A stretch of DNA of 64,000 nt from Mustelus asterias (Eukaryota), in assembly GCF_964213995.1 (NCBI RefSeq), contig NC_135801.1:155248001-155312000 (forward strand), given 5' to 3'. Position numbers and translations under genes: made by a program. Positions 24,909 through 37,024 of this stretch are shown here, piece after piece. The stretch's first letter is position 1, and each line of letters starts with the position of its first letter. Below the pieces are notes generated by a model. The model saw nothing but the letters and a program-made list of their open reading frames with translations. It made no database searches and was not told where the DNA came from.

Positions 24909-26214
24909 CAGAATTTGGCAGACTCTAAGAATACGCACATCAGTTTGAGGATATTGCAGACTTTCTTTGATGCCAATATTTGCTTTAAAACTTTGTCTTT
25001 CTGGAATTTGTTTCATGTTTGCTTTATTTGATGAAATTTGTGCTGAACAAGGTGAAAGATCTTGATGTTAGGCAATGGAACATTTTTCTACTTTTATCCA
25101 GTGTCAATACTGAGTGTCCCACGTCAAGGTCAGTGGTAGGATGAAATTGTTATACTGTGGTAGCACCGTTTCAAACTCAATCTCAGAAGACTGCAACAAA
25201 GGGAATTTCTCATGCCAGCTCTCTTCAATTGTGCATTTGGTTTTGTGAATTGTGGGCACTTTTGTGCTGTGGTCCAGTCATTATCAGGTTGATACCATCA
25301 AAACTTATTCCACCAAATGTCCTTAACACAGTTAAGAGAAAATAAATCCTCAATTTGTCAGTCTGAAAGGAAAGAACTTGCATTTAAATGTTGCATTATC
25401 ACATCTCTCATACACTCTCAAAGCACTTTGCATGCACTGAATTATTTTTGAAGTGTTCTATAGACAAAAGCCTAAGCTGGAATCAACTCAAAACCTTTGT
25501 GGTAACACGACAGTATGCTAACTTGCCTCACTATCTAACCACCACCCATCCCCACCAACACCCCCCCACTCCGCCCAGTATAAAAGCTGATTTATAATTC
25601 TTTGTTATTATAATGTCCTGACTGTTTGGTGACTACCAGCATCACATTTAAAAAGTATTTTAATTGAATTTGTGAATATGAGGAACATTTGATAAATAAA
25701 TGACCTTTTGGTGTCATAACTACCAGAGCTTTAATTACAGATTCCAAAGACATCAGGTCGTAATGAGAGGTTTGATTGAGATAAAGGCATAGGGACTCAA
25801 TGCCCTGAGGAGCTCGGGGGAGTATTAGAATAGATGTTAATGTTGATGGAGTACTTGAACGCTCCTTTAAACACCACACTCCTTTTGTCGGTGATGGTAT
25901 TATATATTTCAGATGAAAACTTTAGGAGTTATATTGGGTAAAAATATTCACACTGAATCAAGGAGAACAGAAATAAAATATGGAACAAAAACGAAGAATT
26001 CTATTATTAACCCCTTTGAAGAATGCCATGGCATTTCTTTGCTGTAATAGAAAAGGTTTGAACATTTGATTGTTCAAAGAATAGAATTTTGCTGAGATGT
26101 TCAATTTGACCACAGCTGAGTAAAAGTGGACAATTCAGACACGATTCAAGATTAATCGATAGAAACTGTGATGAGCAGAGCAGACTGATTTCAGCGGTTC
26201 ACTTTTTTTTTCAG

Positions 26215-26235
26215 AACATCATTAGAGATTTTTAG
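26215..26235 (+). other. Candidate 21-nt microexon
   Basis: CTGAT..T10CAG acceptor and AG|GTAAGC donor; one open frame (TSLEIF). Confidence 0.2.
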
Positions 26236-26549
26236 GTAAGCTCCTTTGATGGTCGAGTGGATAAAAGCATCACTGGCTATAATACTGTGCAGTAAAAGGC
26301 AGATGAAACTACGTTCATTTCCTTCTTTGTGCTTGAACTGATCTCAGACGGTGGCAGTTAAGTGGGAAAAGTCGCAGGGTGGAGGGAGAGGCAGATGGGG
26401 TAGGTGTCAGCAGGAATCCGTCTCCTCAATACTATCAAGTGATTGTTGCTCCTTCACTATGTCCTCCAACTACTTCTTCCTCCAAAAAAACCCTAACTGT
26501 ACCTTGAACCAATATATTTTGAGGTGGGGGGCGGGGGGGGGGGTGGTGT

Positions 26550-26857
26550 TGGCATGGTGATACATTTATTAGCACTGCTGCCTCACAGTGCTAGCGACCC
26601 AGATTCGATTCCCGGCTTGAGTCACTGCCTGTGTGAAGTTTGCACATTCTCCCATGTCTGGGTTAGGTTTCCTCCCAGTGCCCCAGGTTCCTCCCACAGC
26701 CTGGAAGACCTGCTGGTTAGGTGAATTGGCCTCCTAAATTCTCCCTCAGTGTACCCGAACAGGAGCTGGAGTGTGGTGACTAGGGGAATTTCACAATCAC
26801 GTCATTGCAGTGTTAATAAAAACCTACTTGTGACGCGAATAAATAAACTAAAACTTT
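26550..26857 (+). mobile_element. HE1-headed SINE, alternative-tail subfamily
   Basis: Same head and core but tail CATTGCAGTGTTAAT..CTACTTGTGAC..AATAAATAAAC. Confidence 0.8.
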
Positions 26858-27830
26858 ATGCTGTCATTATCAATGTCCATTCACAACACCAATATCCTTT
26901 GACTGGAAAACTTCCATCTGACATTGCCTCTTGTTCCCAACTTGCTAATATTTAACATGAGTCCCTGATATTAGACCGTTTGTATATTGTCAAACCTTAT
27001 TATAATTAAAAATTTCAATGAATTCAGCTTGAAATCTTCTCTTTAACCACACAAAATTTGCCTAATTTCTTTAATTTTTCCTCATGATTTAAATCCTTAA
27101 TACCATTGGTAATTACAAACCATTTCAGGCCAAAGAAATTTGGACTCCAAGGCATCCTCTTCTCTGCACTCATGATAGAAATAATGTTGTCCTCCATTGG
27201 AGAGGGAGAAAATAATTTTCAAAGTCCAAGAAGATCACAGCTGCGCAAATGTGAAACCTGGAGCATGCCCAGTTGCAGTATTTTTGTTTGAAAAGCTTCA
27301 GGAAATGAAATTTGCTTTTCAAAAACGCAGCTCTTGTTTAAAAGGGACTTTGAATAAAATCCCGAGGAAATCCATTCCAAAGCTGGCAAAGTTTGAATTT
27401 CATCCAGTTTCTTTGAACTCATGAAATTCAGGCCTGACCTTGGATTTCAGCTCTGGCTTGATACTTATCCTTAGATGCAATTGAAAGCACTCTCTCGGGA
27501 CGACATCACATCTATTGTCCTCGATGCCTATAGCAACCCAAAGTGCCGAAGAATGCTCTGCATTTTTTTTATTGGACAGTAGTATAAAATGGCTGTCCAA
27601 TGTGGAACACACTTTTTTATTTTCATCACAATGGTCATTGCCAATTGAGATTTCACATTTTTCTTAAATTGCAGGTTGTAAACATTATTCTTATGTTCTA
27701 ATCAAAATGTTTTGCTGAATAGATTCAACTCCAATGCACTCAGAAAAGAATGATAGGTATCAAAATATGGATAAATTCAGTTAATAAAAATAGGTGCCAT
27801 AATAGTTTTATGTTGCTCCCTGAAACGTGT

Positions 27831-28562
27831 GGCCAGATTTTTCTGATCGCAAGTTGGCAAGGAATGCAACCCCGCTGACGTTGGCAGTCCAACAGCTGTT
27901 TAACACACTGTGGGATGCTTAATTGACTGGAGGTGGGACTTGCGCCTTCACTTGGGAGGAAGTCCTACCTGAGAGAGTTGTCCACTTTGCCGACTGGCCG
28001 GCAGCTCTCTAGTGTAGTCTCTCTCATTCCATCAGCGTCACTAGGATCGATGGCCAGTGCTGAGACTATGCTTAGTCCCACAAGCCCAGGTGCTGGGAGT
28101 TCAGGACAAAGGTAAGTGTGGGGTTTTCACAACAGGGGCAGAAGAGGAGAGAACTGGGATGTGGGGTGCGAAGGAGAGGGGGATTTTGTAGGAAATGCCA
28201 GTGGGGAGGGAGCATCTGGGAGGGACAGATATTGAAGGTTGTTCCTCAATCAGAAAAGGAAGCGATAGAGGAGCCTCTCCCGCACCACCCACCCCATCAT
28301 TTCCACTCAAGGCCTGAGCAGGCTGACCTGCCAGGCTTCCTCCCCATCCCTGACCAATCCTGCCAGCTTCAAAATTTCAACCTGGACGGAAGTGGCCCTC
28401 ATTGGGATGAGAGCAGATAGCAGGCCCTGGACTTTGCCCGTCCCCTACTTAAAATTTCTGACAGAGCGGAAGCAGACGGGTAGGTTACGGGAAAGCCACC
28501 CAGAGAATTTTACAGCTCCCCAGCTGGCAAACCTGCCAGCAGAGCCTCGTAATGTTCTGCCC
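27831..28562. mobile_element. Harbinger-like non-autonomous element (older)
   Basis: Termini GGCCAGATTTT / AATGTTCTGCCC; GC-rich body. Confidence 0.55.
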
Positions 28563-29014
28563 ATTGATGCAACTATATCCACCTCAAAACACTGGTCCAG
28601 GATTCGAACTGCAAAGGCTGTCAGTTGAAGCAAATATTTGAAGCCCACTAGTCATTTCCTTTTCGGCGATATGCTTGTTTATTTCATCCTTCTGCATACA
28701 CAGAAAGCACAGACAGATTTGTGTTAGCTGGTTGACTACTCTGGCTGTTGAGGTTGACCGACTCCTTTCTGCTTGTATATATTTGACTGCATCAGTAGGC
28801 ATCAATGAAGGCCTCCAGCTGGCTTTAGTCATCAGAATTCTGGATACCCTTCCTGGGAACTTGGCTTTGATTTGAAATGAGCTTTCACTCTTTCTTGGAA
28901 GATGGAGTATCTGACTGTCACGGAACATGGCAACTTGTGTGGGAGAAAGTAAAGGTTAGCAGGAAGATCTATCCTTTCCCTGCTTAGAATCTCTCCTGTT
29001 AGAAACCACATTTA

Positions 29015-29320
29015 AAGCTTATTTATTAGTGTCACAAGTAGGCTTATATTAATACTGCAATGAAGTTACTGTGAAAATCCCCTAGTTGCCACATTCCAGC
29101 GCCTGTTCGGGTACACTGAGGGAGAATTTAGCAAGGCCAATGCACCTAACCAGCACATCTTTCGGACCATGGGAGGAAACCGAAGCACCCGGAGGAAACC
29201 CATACAGACACAGGGAGAACATGCAGACTCCACACAGACAGTGACCCAAGCCGGGAATTGAACCCAGGTCCCTGGCGCTGTGCGGCAGCAGTGCTAACCA
29301 CTGTGCCACCGTGCTGCCCC
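29015..29320 (-). mobile_element. HE1-headed SINE, alternative tail, full length
   Basis: GGGGCAGCACGGTGGCACAGTGGTTAGCACTGCTG head and GGGTTCAATTCC B box. Confidence 0.9.
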
Positions 29321-29537
29321 CTAGAGGAGGGCATTGATGCTAGCTTCAAAATTCACAAACAAAGCAGTAGCAGGGATTGGAATATAAAATAATAATATAG
29401 GAATGAGAGGAAAAGAACAGATCCCTTCTCCTATTCAATCTGAACAGCCAGAAAGAACTAATAAATTCTAGATCTCTGTTACCTTTTCACAAGTGGGCAC
29501 CTCTCAATCATCAGTCAGTTGTACAGTATGAGCCTCT

Positions 29538-30542
29538 GGGGGGAATTTTACCATTTCGAGTCTAAGTGCCGGATCTGGGCGTCAAATAGATCCGCGCCTG
29601 GAATCCTCTTTCCAGCGCGCCCATACGCGTTTTGCCGGCTCCGGTCCGATCCGCGCTGTGGGCGGGGCTTAGTGCTGGTGGACCGATCGAAGCTCTGAAC
29701 TGCACATGCGCAGTTTGAAAAAAATCTGACAGCGCGCCCGGGCGCGAAAAAAAAAGCAGAAAGCGGAGAGAGCGGCTCTCTGACGTTCATCCTCTGGTCG
29801 AGGGGGTTCCGCTGCCTGTCTGCGGCCGATCCCTCCTGGCACCATCACTGGTACACTACCAGCCACAGCCATCTCTCCCGCTCTCTCGCACCTGCAGGGA
29901 AGAGTAATCTGTTTCTGGTAGTGTACCAGTGATGGTGCCAGGAGGGATCAGCCGCAGACAGGCAGTGGAACCCCCCCAACCAGAGGATGAGACGTCACAC
30001 CCCCTCTCCTCCACCCCCCCCCCAGAGGGTGATATGTCACACCCCCTCCCCTCCCACCCCACCCCCCCCAGGGTATGATCGGTCACACCCCCTCTCCACC
30101 CCCCACCCCCACCCCGCAGGGGATGAGATGTCACACCCCCTCTCCTCCTCCCACCCCCCTCCCGCCCCGACCAGAGGATGACCTGGGTCAGAGAGCCGTT
30201 GCAGTCTCTGACCCCGCTCTTCGGAGGCTGCAACGGCGACTTCAGACTTTTATTTTGCAGTTCGGTAACAGCGCGGACGCGGATTGGGCCAGAAGACGGT
30301 AAAGTGGGATTTGGCGGTAGAGTTCGGCGCGCGGTTCATTAAGTTGATTTAAATGCATGCAAATGCATTTAAATCGTCGGGCCGCCCAATTCGGGCGCGC
30401 GCCGGACCCGTGCCCGAATTGGGTGTCGGTAAAGCCACGATCTGCTCGGAATCGGGTGCAGATCACGTTAAAGGCCCAACGCCCAACTTTACCACGATTT
30501 CGCGCCCGAAAACGGGCACGAAGATTTGGTAAAATCAGGCCC
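29538..30542. mobile_element. Young CpG-rich non-autonomous PIF/Harbinger-type transposon (about 1 kb)
   Basis: TIRs GGGGGGAATTTTACCA / TGGTAAAATCAGGCCC; 3-bp TSD TCT; internal long inverted repeat and minisatellite. Confidence 0.8.
29981..30182. repeat. About 45-bp C-rich minisatellite (about 4 units)
   Basis: Units CAGRGGRTGA...GTCACACCCCCTC(C-tracts). Confidence 0.8.
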
Positions 30543-31165
30543 TCTGTTTCTTCAAGATCAGAAGAATGTTATTGTTATATTATCATGGTGGTGAAATTTA
30601 AAATTGTCGATGCAGAGAACATGATGCACCAGGTCTACCACTGAGGTATCCTACCGCTGTCACCATGATATATTCTGTTGTCACTATGCTTGTAGGATAC
30701 TGCCTGGACACCATGAAACAGTCTTGTATTAGTTGTAAGGAAATCTTTATTAACTATACTGAAGTATGTGCATGTTTACAGTAGTTATGGAGTGGACTTC
30801 ATACTAGTTCCTTCCACATCGCCACTCATCTCTAGACTGGCCCTTGCCCTAGGTCATGTGCCTTCTTGTATCACCGTGTGGGTGGTGCTGTATTCTTTCT
30901 TTGTTAACCCTTTCAATACAAATCATTTGACTACAATTGCGACTGCAATGAAAGTTCTTGAATAGTTGCAGTCTGTGATGGGTTTCAGTGCAGATGGATC
31001 GAGTGCAATTGTCAGGGGTGGGTTGCTTTCAATTCTGCAACAGCATGATCTCGAAGCAACATTTGAGAAAAGAACAAGGCAACTGCCAGATTACACATTG
31101 GAAGAGATTTTTAACTGATTCCTATCTATTTTTTTTAAAGTTTGTGGTACATTTTGAAAGATAAT

Positions 31166-31320
31166 GGCCAGAATTCCCCAACCTCGCCTGCAGCTGGGAT
31201 TTTCCGGTCCCACTACATTGAACGGAGATTTAGATGAGTGCCAAAATTTCTGTTCTCTCTGGCAGGGGGAGCAGGGGGGGAGGGGCGGGGGGTGCGGTGT
31301 GAGACCGGAGAATTCCAGCC
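31166..31320. mobile_element. Harbinger-type MITE
   Basis: TIRs GGCCAGAATTC / GAATTCCAGCC; TSD AAT. Confidence 0.75.
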
Positions 31321-32961
31321 AATACATTCACACTTTGAAGTGGTTGTGGGTTGGGGAAAGGAAAGAATTTCCTTGAGGAATATTCCATGATAGAAGGTAT
31401 TGAAGACAAATCAGCAAAATGGCGTTCTAATCATGTCATGATTAGAACGTTGCACTTCCTTGCTAAACCGAACAGAAATCGAGGTTTTGTGCATGTCAAT
31501 TAAAATTGCATAAACAATTGTCATCCACATAGATATTAAGTTGTGTACTTTTTTGACTGGAGATACATTGAGGTCGAGATGGCTTTGATCACCTTCACTA
31601 AAAAACTAATTGACTTAATTTCTGAATGTTGAAGCTAACAGAGCTCACTGCAGTCCCAACAAAGGCAACCATCCACTCAGTTTTGAGCTGGTTGTCTTCC
31701 TCTTTGAGGTTTCTCAATCAACACCCCTTACACCTCCAACCTACGCAGATTTGGTTAGATGAATATCATTGCAGACATCAGGTATACACTTCTTCATTAC
31801 TAATTTAAGTGTCTCCTTAGTGGGGTGAATAGCAGCTTTCTTAAAACCCACACCCATGCTTACGCACATTCATGGCATGTCCCCTTATAACCAGTTCAGT
31901 GATGGCAGAGCGGCTCAATCTTTTACTCTTTGCCTTTCTTAGCCGGAGCCGTTCTGTCAGGGCAGTATGGTATTTTAATGATATGGAATGACCTAGTGAT
32001 CCTTTTCCGTCTACTTTGCACAATTAATTGCCCATTAAAGCCTCAATAATAGGCACAGCATGTGTGAGAATGACTGGATGTGATCTTACACAGATGCTTA
32101 AGCCCGAGATCCTCCTGATGAGGTGTCAAATGAGTTTGAAATTAACTGTCCAATAAATTTTGTCTTGCCTTTTAACGGGGCCTCATTTTAATTAGCAGAA
32201 GGGGACCCTTTCCTCTGAGAAATTGCATGTGTAATGATGCAATCGATAAACCACTGGTCTGACTTACCTTTTTTAAGTGTTGATAATTAAGAAAAATAAG
32301 GAAAATAACCTGGGGACCACAGTGCTGTAAGACCCTCCTTGCTCATCAAAATGCCGATCATACTAATTCCCTATTTTTGCTCTTTTGTGAATGTTGAGTG
32401 GCGTAACATAAGGGATGTTGGCCACTTTCTACTTCAGCAATCCCAGATCAGGTAGAGAACAAAAGCTCCCTCCACTCTGTCACACAGGAGCACGTTTTCC
32501 TGCAATTTGTTCTTATTCTTGACATTTCTCGACTGGAGATTGACAGTTTGTGTCGAACTTGGGGCCAGTATTGTGCTGTGGACTCAAGTCCATGCGAAAA
32601 TGGACCGAGACTGACAAAACATTTTTCACGTACAATCCTTGCAGCCAGTAGACAGAAGACATATGACCATGCATGGGTTGATATGAGATTTGTTTTGGCA
32701 ACATTCAAGGACATGCTGGATTTTGTGTATGCAAGTCGAGAGAGGAATGCAAATCTTGTGCAGAGTGGGCAATGGCGCTGCCGTCATCTATAAACGGTCA
32801 ATCATGTACATCCATGATGGTCAGTTTAGTTTTGGCACGGAGGCAACTGAGGTTAAAGAGTTTTCCACCTAGACTGTGTTGAATACTGACACCAGAGGGC
32901 ATGTTAATTTTCGATGAGCTGAATAGCCACTGCTAGGTAGATTGTTAATAGCCTTGCTTTT

Positions 32962-33093
32962 TAGTTGATTTATTCGTGTCACCAGTAGGCTTACATTAAC
33001 ACTGCAATGAAGTTACTGTGAAAATCCCCCAGTCGCCACACTCTGGCACCTGTTTGGGTACGCTGAGGGAGAATTTAACATGGTCAATGTACC
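32962..33093 (-). mobile_element. Alternative-tail SINE 3' fragment
   Basis: GGCTTACATTAACACTGCAATGAAGTTACTGTGAAAATCCCC; another fragment at 34000-34072. Confidence 0.8.
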
Positions 33094-33792
33094 TGTTTTG
33101 AGGAAATGTGAAGGTGGCCAATTGTGTCTTAACTAAGACAATTCAAAACTCGCAAGCCAAATATCTCTGTGCAAAAACGTTAACAAAATTTATTTAACAA
33201 ATAAGACAGAACCAACAAACAAACGTAGAGCTTAAAAACTGAGACTTATGAAGGGTTAAATAGCTCTGGGAATAGAGCGACAGAACCTCTCTGAAAGATC
33301 TGATGGACTGAGTTAAATACAGATCAATTATAGATTTTTTATCAATAATTCTGCCTTTTGCTAGCTTAAAATTAATTTCATTTAACAGTCATGCATCAAT
33401 ACAAATCTCTGTCAAGTACCACAGCCAACCATATGATACTTAATAGCATGGTGATATCTTATTTGTCCAATTATTCCGGATGCTGTTTCCATTCTTGGCT
33501 CTGAATATTTCTCTGAATGTTGCCTGGTAATGGCAAATGGCTCTGTAAGGTGGGCGTTCCCATCAGCTCACTGCCAAATTGAATAGACATGTGTTCCTGT
33601 ATCCAAGGGCACATCTATCCTTGTGTCTGGGCAGTGAATGCACTGATTGACTAATGTTGCAATATACGTTCCCTTATAGGAATCCTCCTGATAAGACTAT
33701 TGCTGACTAACTGGTTCCCAGGCCTTTGGCTTTAAACTATTGGCATTTACCACCATGCCTTTCGGTAACTTTGCTTGGCTAAAGTGAAAACA
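33094..33792 (-). mobile_element. Possible solo LTR
   Basis: TGTTTT...AAAACA termini; truncates the adjacent SINE; TSD only partial (GTACC/ATACA). Confidence 0.3.
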
Positions 33793-34194
33793 ATACATTT
33801 GAGATGCATTAAAATACCATAAAATATCAGCATATATGTTTTGAAATCATAAGTACTTGTTTTGATTGTCTTACTGCATTCACATATGTGTAAACCTGTT
33901 TGTGTTAGCTTGTCTTAAGAATCATTTAACTCCTTATTGATCTCTTGTCCTCTGAAAGACTGCATTCTGTCAGGTAGTTTGTAAATAGCAAACAGCCTTT
34001 AAGTTTATTTATTCGTGTCGCAAGTAGGCTTATATTAACACAGCAATGAAGTTACTGTGAAAATCCCCTAGTCGCCACACTCCAGTGCCTGTCAGCAATT
34101 TAAGGTGTGCTGTTTAAATGGAATATTTGGAAATTGTGACTTCACTCCTTGGGTCTGGGTGATAGTCTTGAAATCCCTTTTTTAAAATGTATTT

Positions 34195-34495
34195 ATTCAT
34201 ATTATTATTAATTTATTATTTACAAGTAGGCTTCTGCAATGAAGTTACTGTGAAAATCCCTGAGTTGCCACACTCCGGTGTTTGGGTACACCGAGGGAGA
34301 ATTTAGCCAATGCATCTCACCAGCACGTCTTTTGGACTGTGGGAGGAAACCCGGAGGAAACCCATAGACACGGGGAGAACATGCACAGATAGTGACCTAA
34401 GACAGGAATCGGACCCAAATCCCTGGCGCTGTGAAGCAGCAGTGCTAACCACTCTGCCACTGTGCCGCCCTGCCTCTGTGCCACCATGCTGCCCC
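34195..34495 (-). mobile_element. Alternative-tail SINE
   Basis: Head (locally duplicated), core and tail. Confidence 0.85.
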
Positions 34496-35444
34496 AAGCC
34501 TTTGGTGCAAAGTTTAAAGCATGAAATCTTCAAAAGCAATTATTCGTTAATAATAGATGCAAATAAGATCCTAGTTCCACTCATTAAAAGTTTGATCACC
34601 CTCGTTCTTTGTTGGTGAATTTTAAAGCAAAGTAATTCAGTCGAAAACACAAGATGTGCTTTACTCCACTGTGCCACCTTGTGGTGTCCTCCATTTCGTT
34701 TCAAACAACATTCAAGCATTCTTTTCACAGAACATAATTTTTATCATGTTTAATTGAATATTGTGCTCATCGAACCTTGGCAGAAATGCAACAAATAATT
34801 TCTGATAATCTTAGAAGGCATGATTGTGTAATTATTATATAGAATGTGTCATAACATACGTTTTCAAAATAAAAAATGCAAATGGTGGCAAAAATTTACA
34901 AGGAACTTAAAAACATTTTAATTTCCAAGTACAGAGCGATTGGCAAAGCGCTTGAAGTTAACTATATGGAAGAAAAACTGTTTTAATTAACATACATACA
35001 ATTGTTTTGCCAAGTGTGAGAACCTTCCTTTAATTCAGTCCTTGGACAGATGAGTTTGAAGTGTCGTGAGTGCTGCTTTGTTGACATATTATGCGATTAC
35101 CATTCAAGCTTCTACACAATACGGTTCAGAATAATTTGTTCAATCCAATAAATAGGTTTATGTCAGCAAAGAATTCAAAGAGTTTTAGTAGAACTAAAAA
35201 GAAACAAAAATGTGGAAAACATGAAAAAAAAGTACAGAGAAGATCAATCGGTTTTCCGCGCCATACTCAGCCGACCTCCACCTATGGGGCTGATGTCTTC
35301 ATCATTGGGGTCGTGCATATTGAAATGAGGCTTGGGCCTTGTGTTCTTGAGTCGCAACAAGTCTGATTTTCGGCCCAGTGGTCTCATAACTTTCCCTCTA
35401 TTAAAATCATTGCTTGGGCTCTCTGAGTGCTAAAAGTGAAGTAA

Positions 35445-35738
35445 AGATTATTTATTAGTCACAAGTAGTCATACATTAACACTGCAATGAAGTTACTGTG
35501 AAAATCCCCCAGTTGCCACACGCCGGCACTTGGTGGGGTACAATGAAGGAGAATTTAGCATGGCCAGTACACCTAACCAGCACATTTTTCAGATTGTGGG
35601 AGGAAACTGGAGCACCCAGAGGAAACCCATGCAGACACAGGGAGAATGTGCAGACTCCGCACAGACAGTGACCCAAGCCGGGAATCGAACCTAGGTCCCT
35701 GGCGCTGTGAGGCAGCAATGCTAACCACTGTGCCACCT
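35445..35738 (-). mobile_element. Alternative-tail SINE
   Basis: Full head, core and tail. Confidence 0.88.
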
Positions 35739-35743
35739 ATAAA

Positions 35744-36085
35744 GGCACGGTAGCACAGTGGTTAGCACTGCTGCTTCACAGCTCCAGGGACCTGGGTTCG
35801 GTTCCTGGCTTGGGTCACTGTCTGTGTGGAGTTTGCACATTCTCCTCGTGTCTGCGTGGGTTTCCTCCGGGTGCTCCGGTTTCCTCCCACAGTCCAAAGA
35901 TGTGCGGATTAGGTTGATTGGCTGTGCTAAAATTGCCCCTTAGTGTCTTGAGATGCGTAGGTTAGAGGGATTAGTGGGTAAATATGTAGGGATATGGGGG
36001 TAGGGCCTGGGTGGGATTGTGGTCGGCGTAGACTCGATGGGCCGAATGGCCTCTTTCTACACTGTAGGGATTCTATGATTCTATG
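35744..36085 (+). mobile_element. HE1-type SINE, full length, young
   Basis: A/B boxes, CpGs retained, (TTCTATGA)n tail. Confidence 0.92.
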
Positions 36086-36664
36086 AGATCAGGCCATAAT
36101 AGCAATTCACAGAGGAGTTTTGTTTTAGCTGACTTTCTAGCATTTTAATTCAATTATGCATTAGTGTCTCTTCAAGTCCAAACTAAAGGCTGCTTTAAAC
36201 AAGGACACTGTAGGTATAGGTTGCACAGCTCATTCAATGTTTTTGAAAAATGTTTATTGTTCTCTAGAAGAAATAACATTTTTCACCCTTATTTCCACTT
36301 GCCCTAACATAGCGTGTGCTGCCATCTCCTTCATCTATTAACAAATTAAGAAATGCTTAAAATTTATTTTACAGTAGGAGGAGGGTTCTCATGACAGAAA
36401 TCTTGGGATAGAAAACATACGTTTAAAATTTGGGTGCAGTTAGCAATTGTAGTACAAATTTGATTTGATTTGATCTATTATTGTCAAATGTATTAGTATA
36501 CAGTGAAAAGTACTGTTTCTTGTGCGCTATTGTGCCAATTGCTTCATTTTGACATGAGTTTCTCCCCAAGTATCTGCTCAAACTCATTTACTTAGTGCCA
36601 AACTCAAAATCTGTCATAAACCATTGAAATCGAACAGTGGTTTAAACTGTTATTTGAAAGAAAT

Positions 36665-36798
36665 GGGTGTGATATTCTAGCCATGCTGGCCCCAAAGTCG
36701 TAAGACCCCGCCCAAGGTCAACGGACCTTAGCATCGTCCGTCCCCCCCACCAGCCTGCAATGAATCCCATGGCAGATGGGATGGGAAAATTCCTGCCC
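36665..36798. mobile_element. Harbinger-type MITE
   Basis: Homologous to 6542-6696; ends GGAAAATTCCTGCCC. Confidence 0.65.
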
Positions 36799-36832
36799 AA
36801 ATATCTTTAAAAAGTATTCTTTGATATATTTA

Positions 36833-37024
36833 CAGTAAGTAGTCTCACAACATCAGGTTAAAGTCCAACAGGTTTATTTGGTACCAAAAGCTTTCGGAGC
36901 GCTGCCCCTTCATCAGGTGAGTCTCCGAAAGCTCGTGCTAACAAATAAACCTGTTGGACTTTAACCTGGTGTTGTGAGACTACTTGCTGCGCCCACCCCA
37001 GTCCAACACCGGCAACTCCCATCA
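36833..37024. mobile_element. Penelope-like foldback (inverted pLTR) element
   Basis: About 65-bp inverted arms; TSD TTGATATATTTA (36821-36832, 37025-37036). Confidence 0.78.
36885..36919 (-). ncRNA. Minimal type I hammerhead ribozyme motif
   Basis: Minus strand CAC-CUGAUGA-A-GGGGC-AGC-GCUCC-GAAA-GCUU; stem I partly mismatched in this copy. Confidence 0.6.

Noticed and set aside
29981-30182. CRISPR-like repeat-spacer pattern
   Set aside because: Eukaryotic minisatellite; the spacers are homologous C tracts and there are no cas genes.
30725-30920. Possible short solo LTR (TGTATT...AATACA)
   Set aside because: No TSD and no second copy in the window.
32448-32872. Cluster of overlapping ORFs in unique sequence
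   Set aside because: No recognisable motif in the frames I translated and no convincing splice-site pair.
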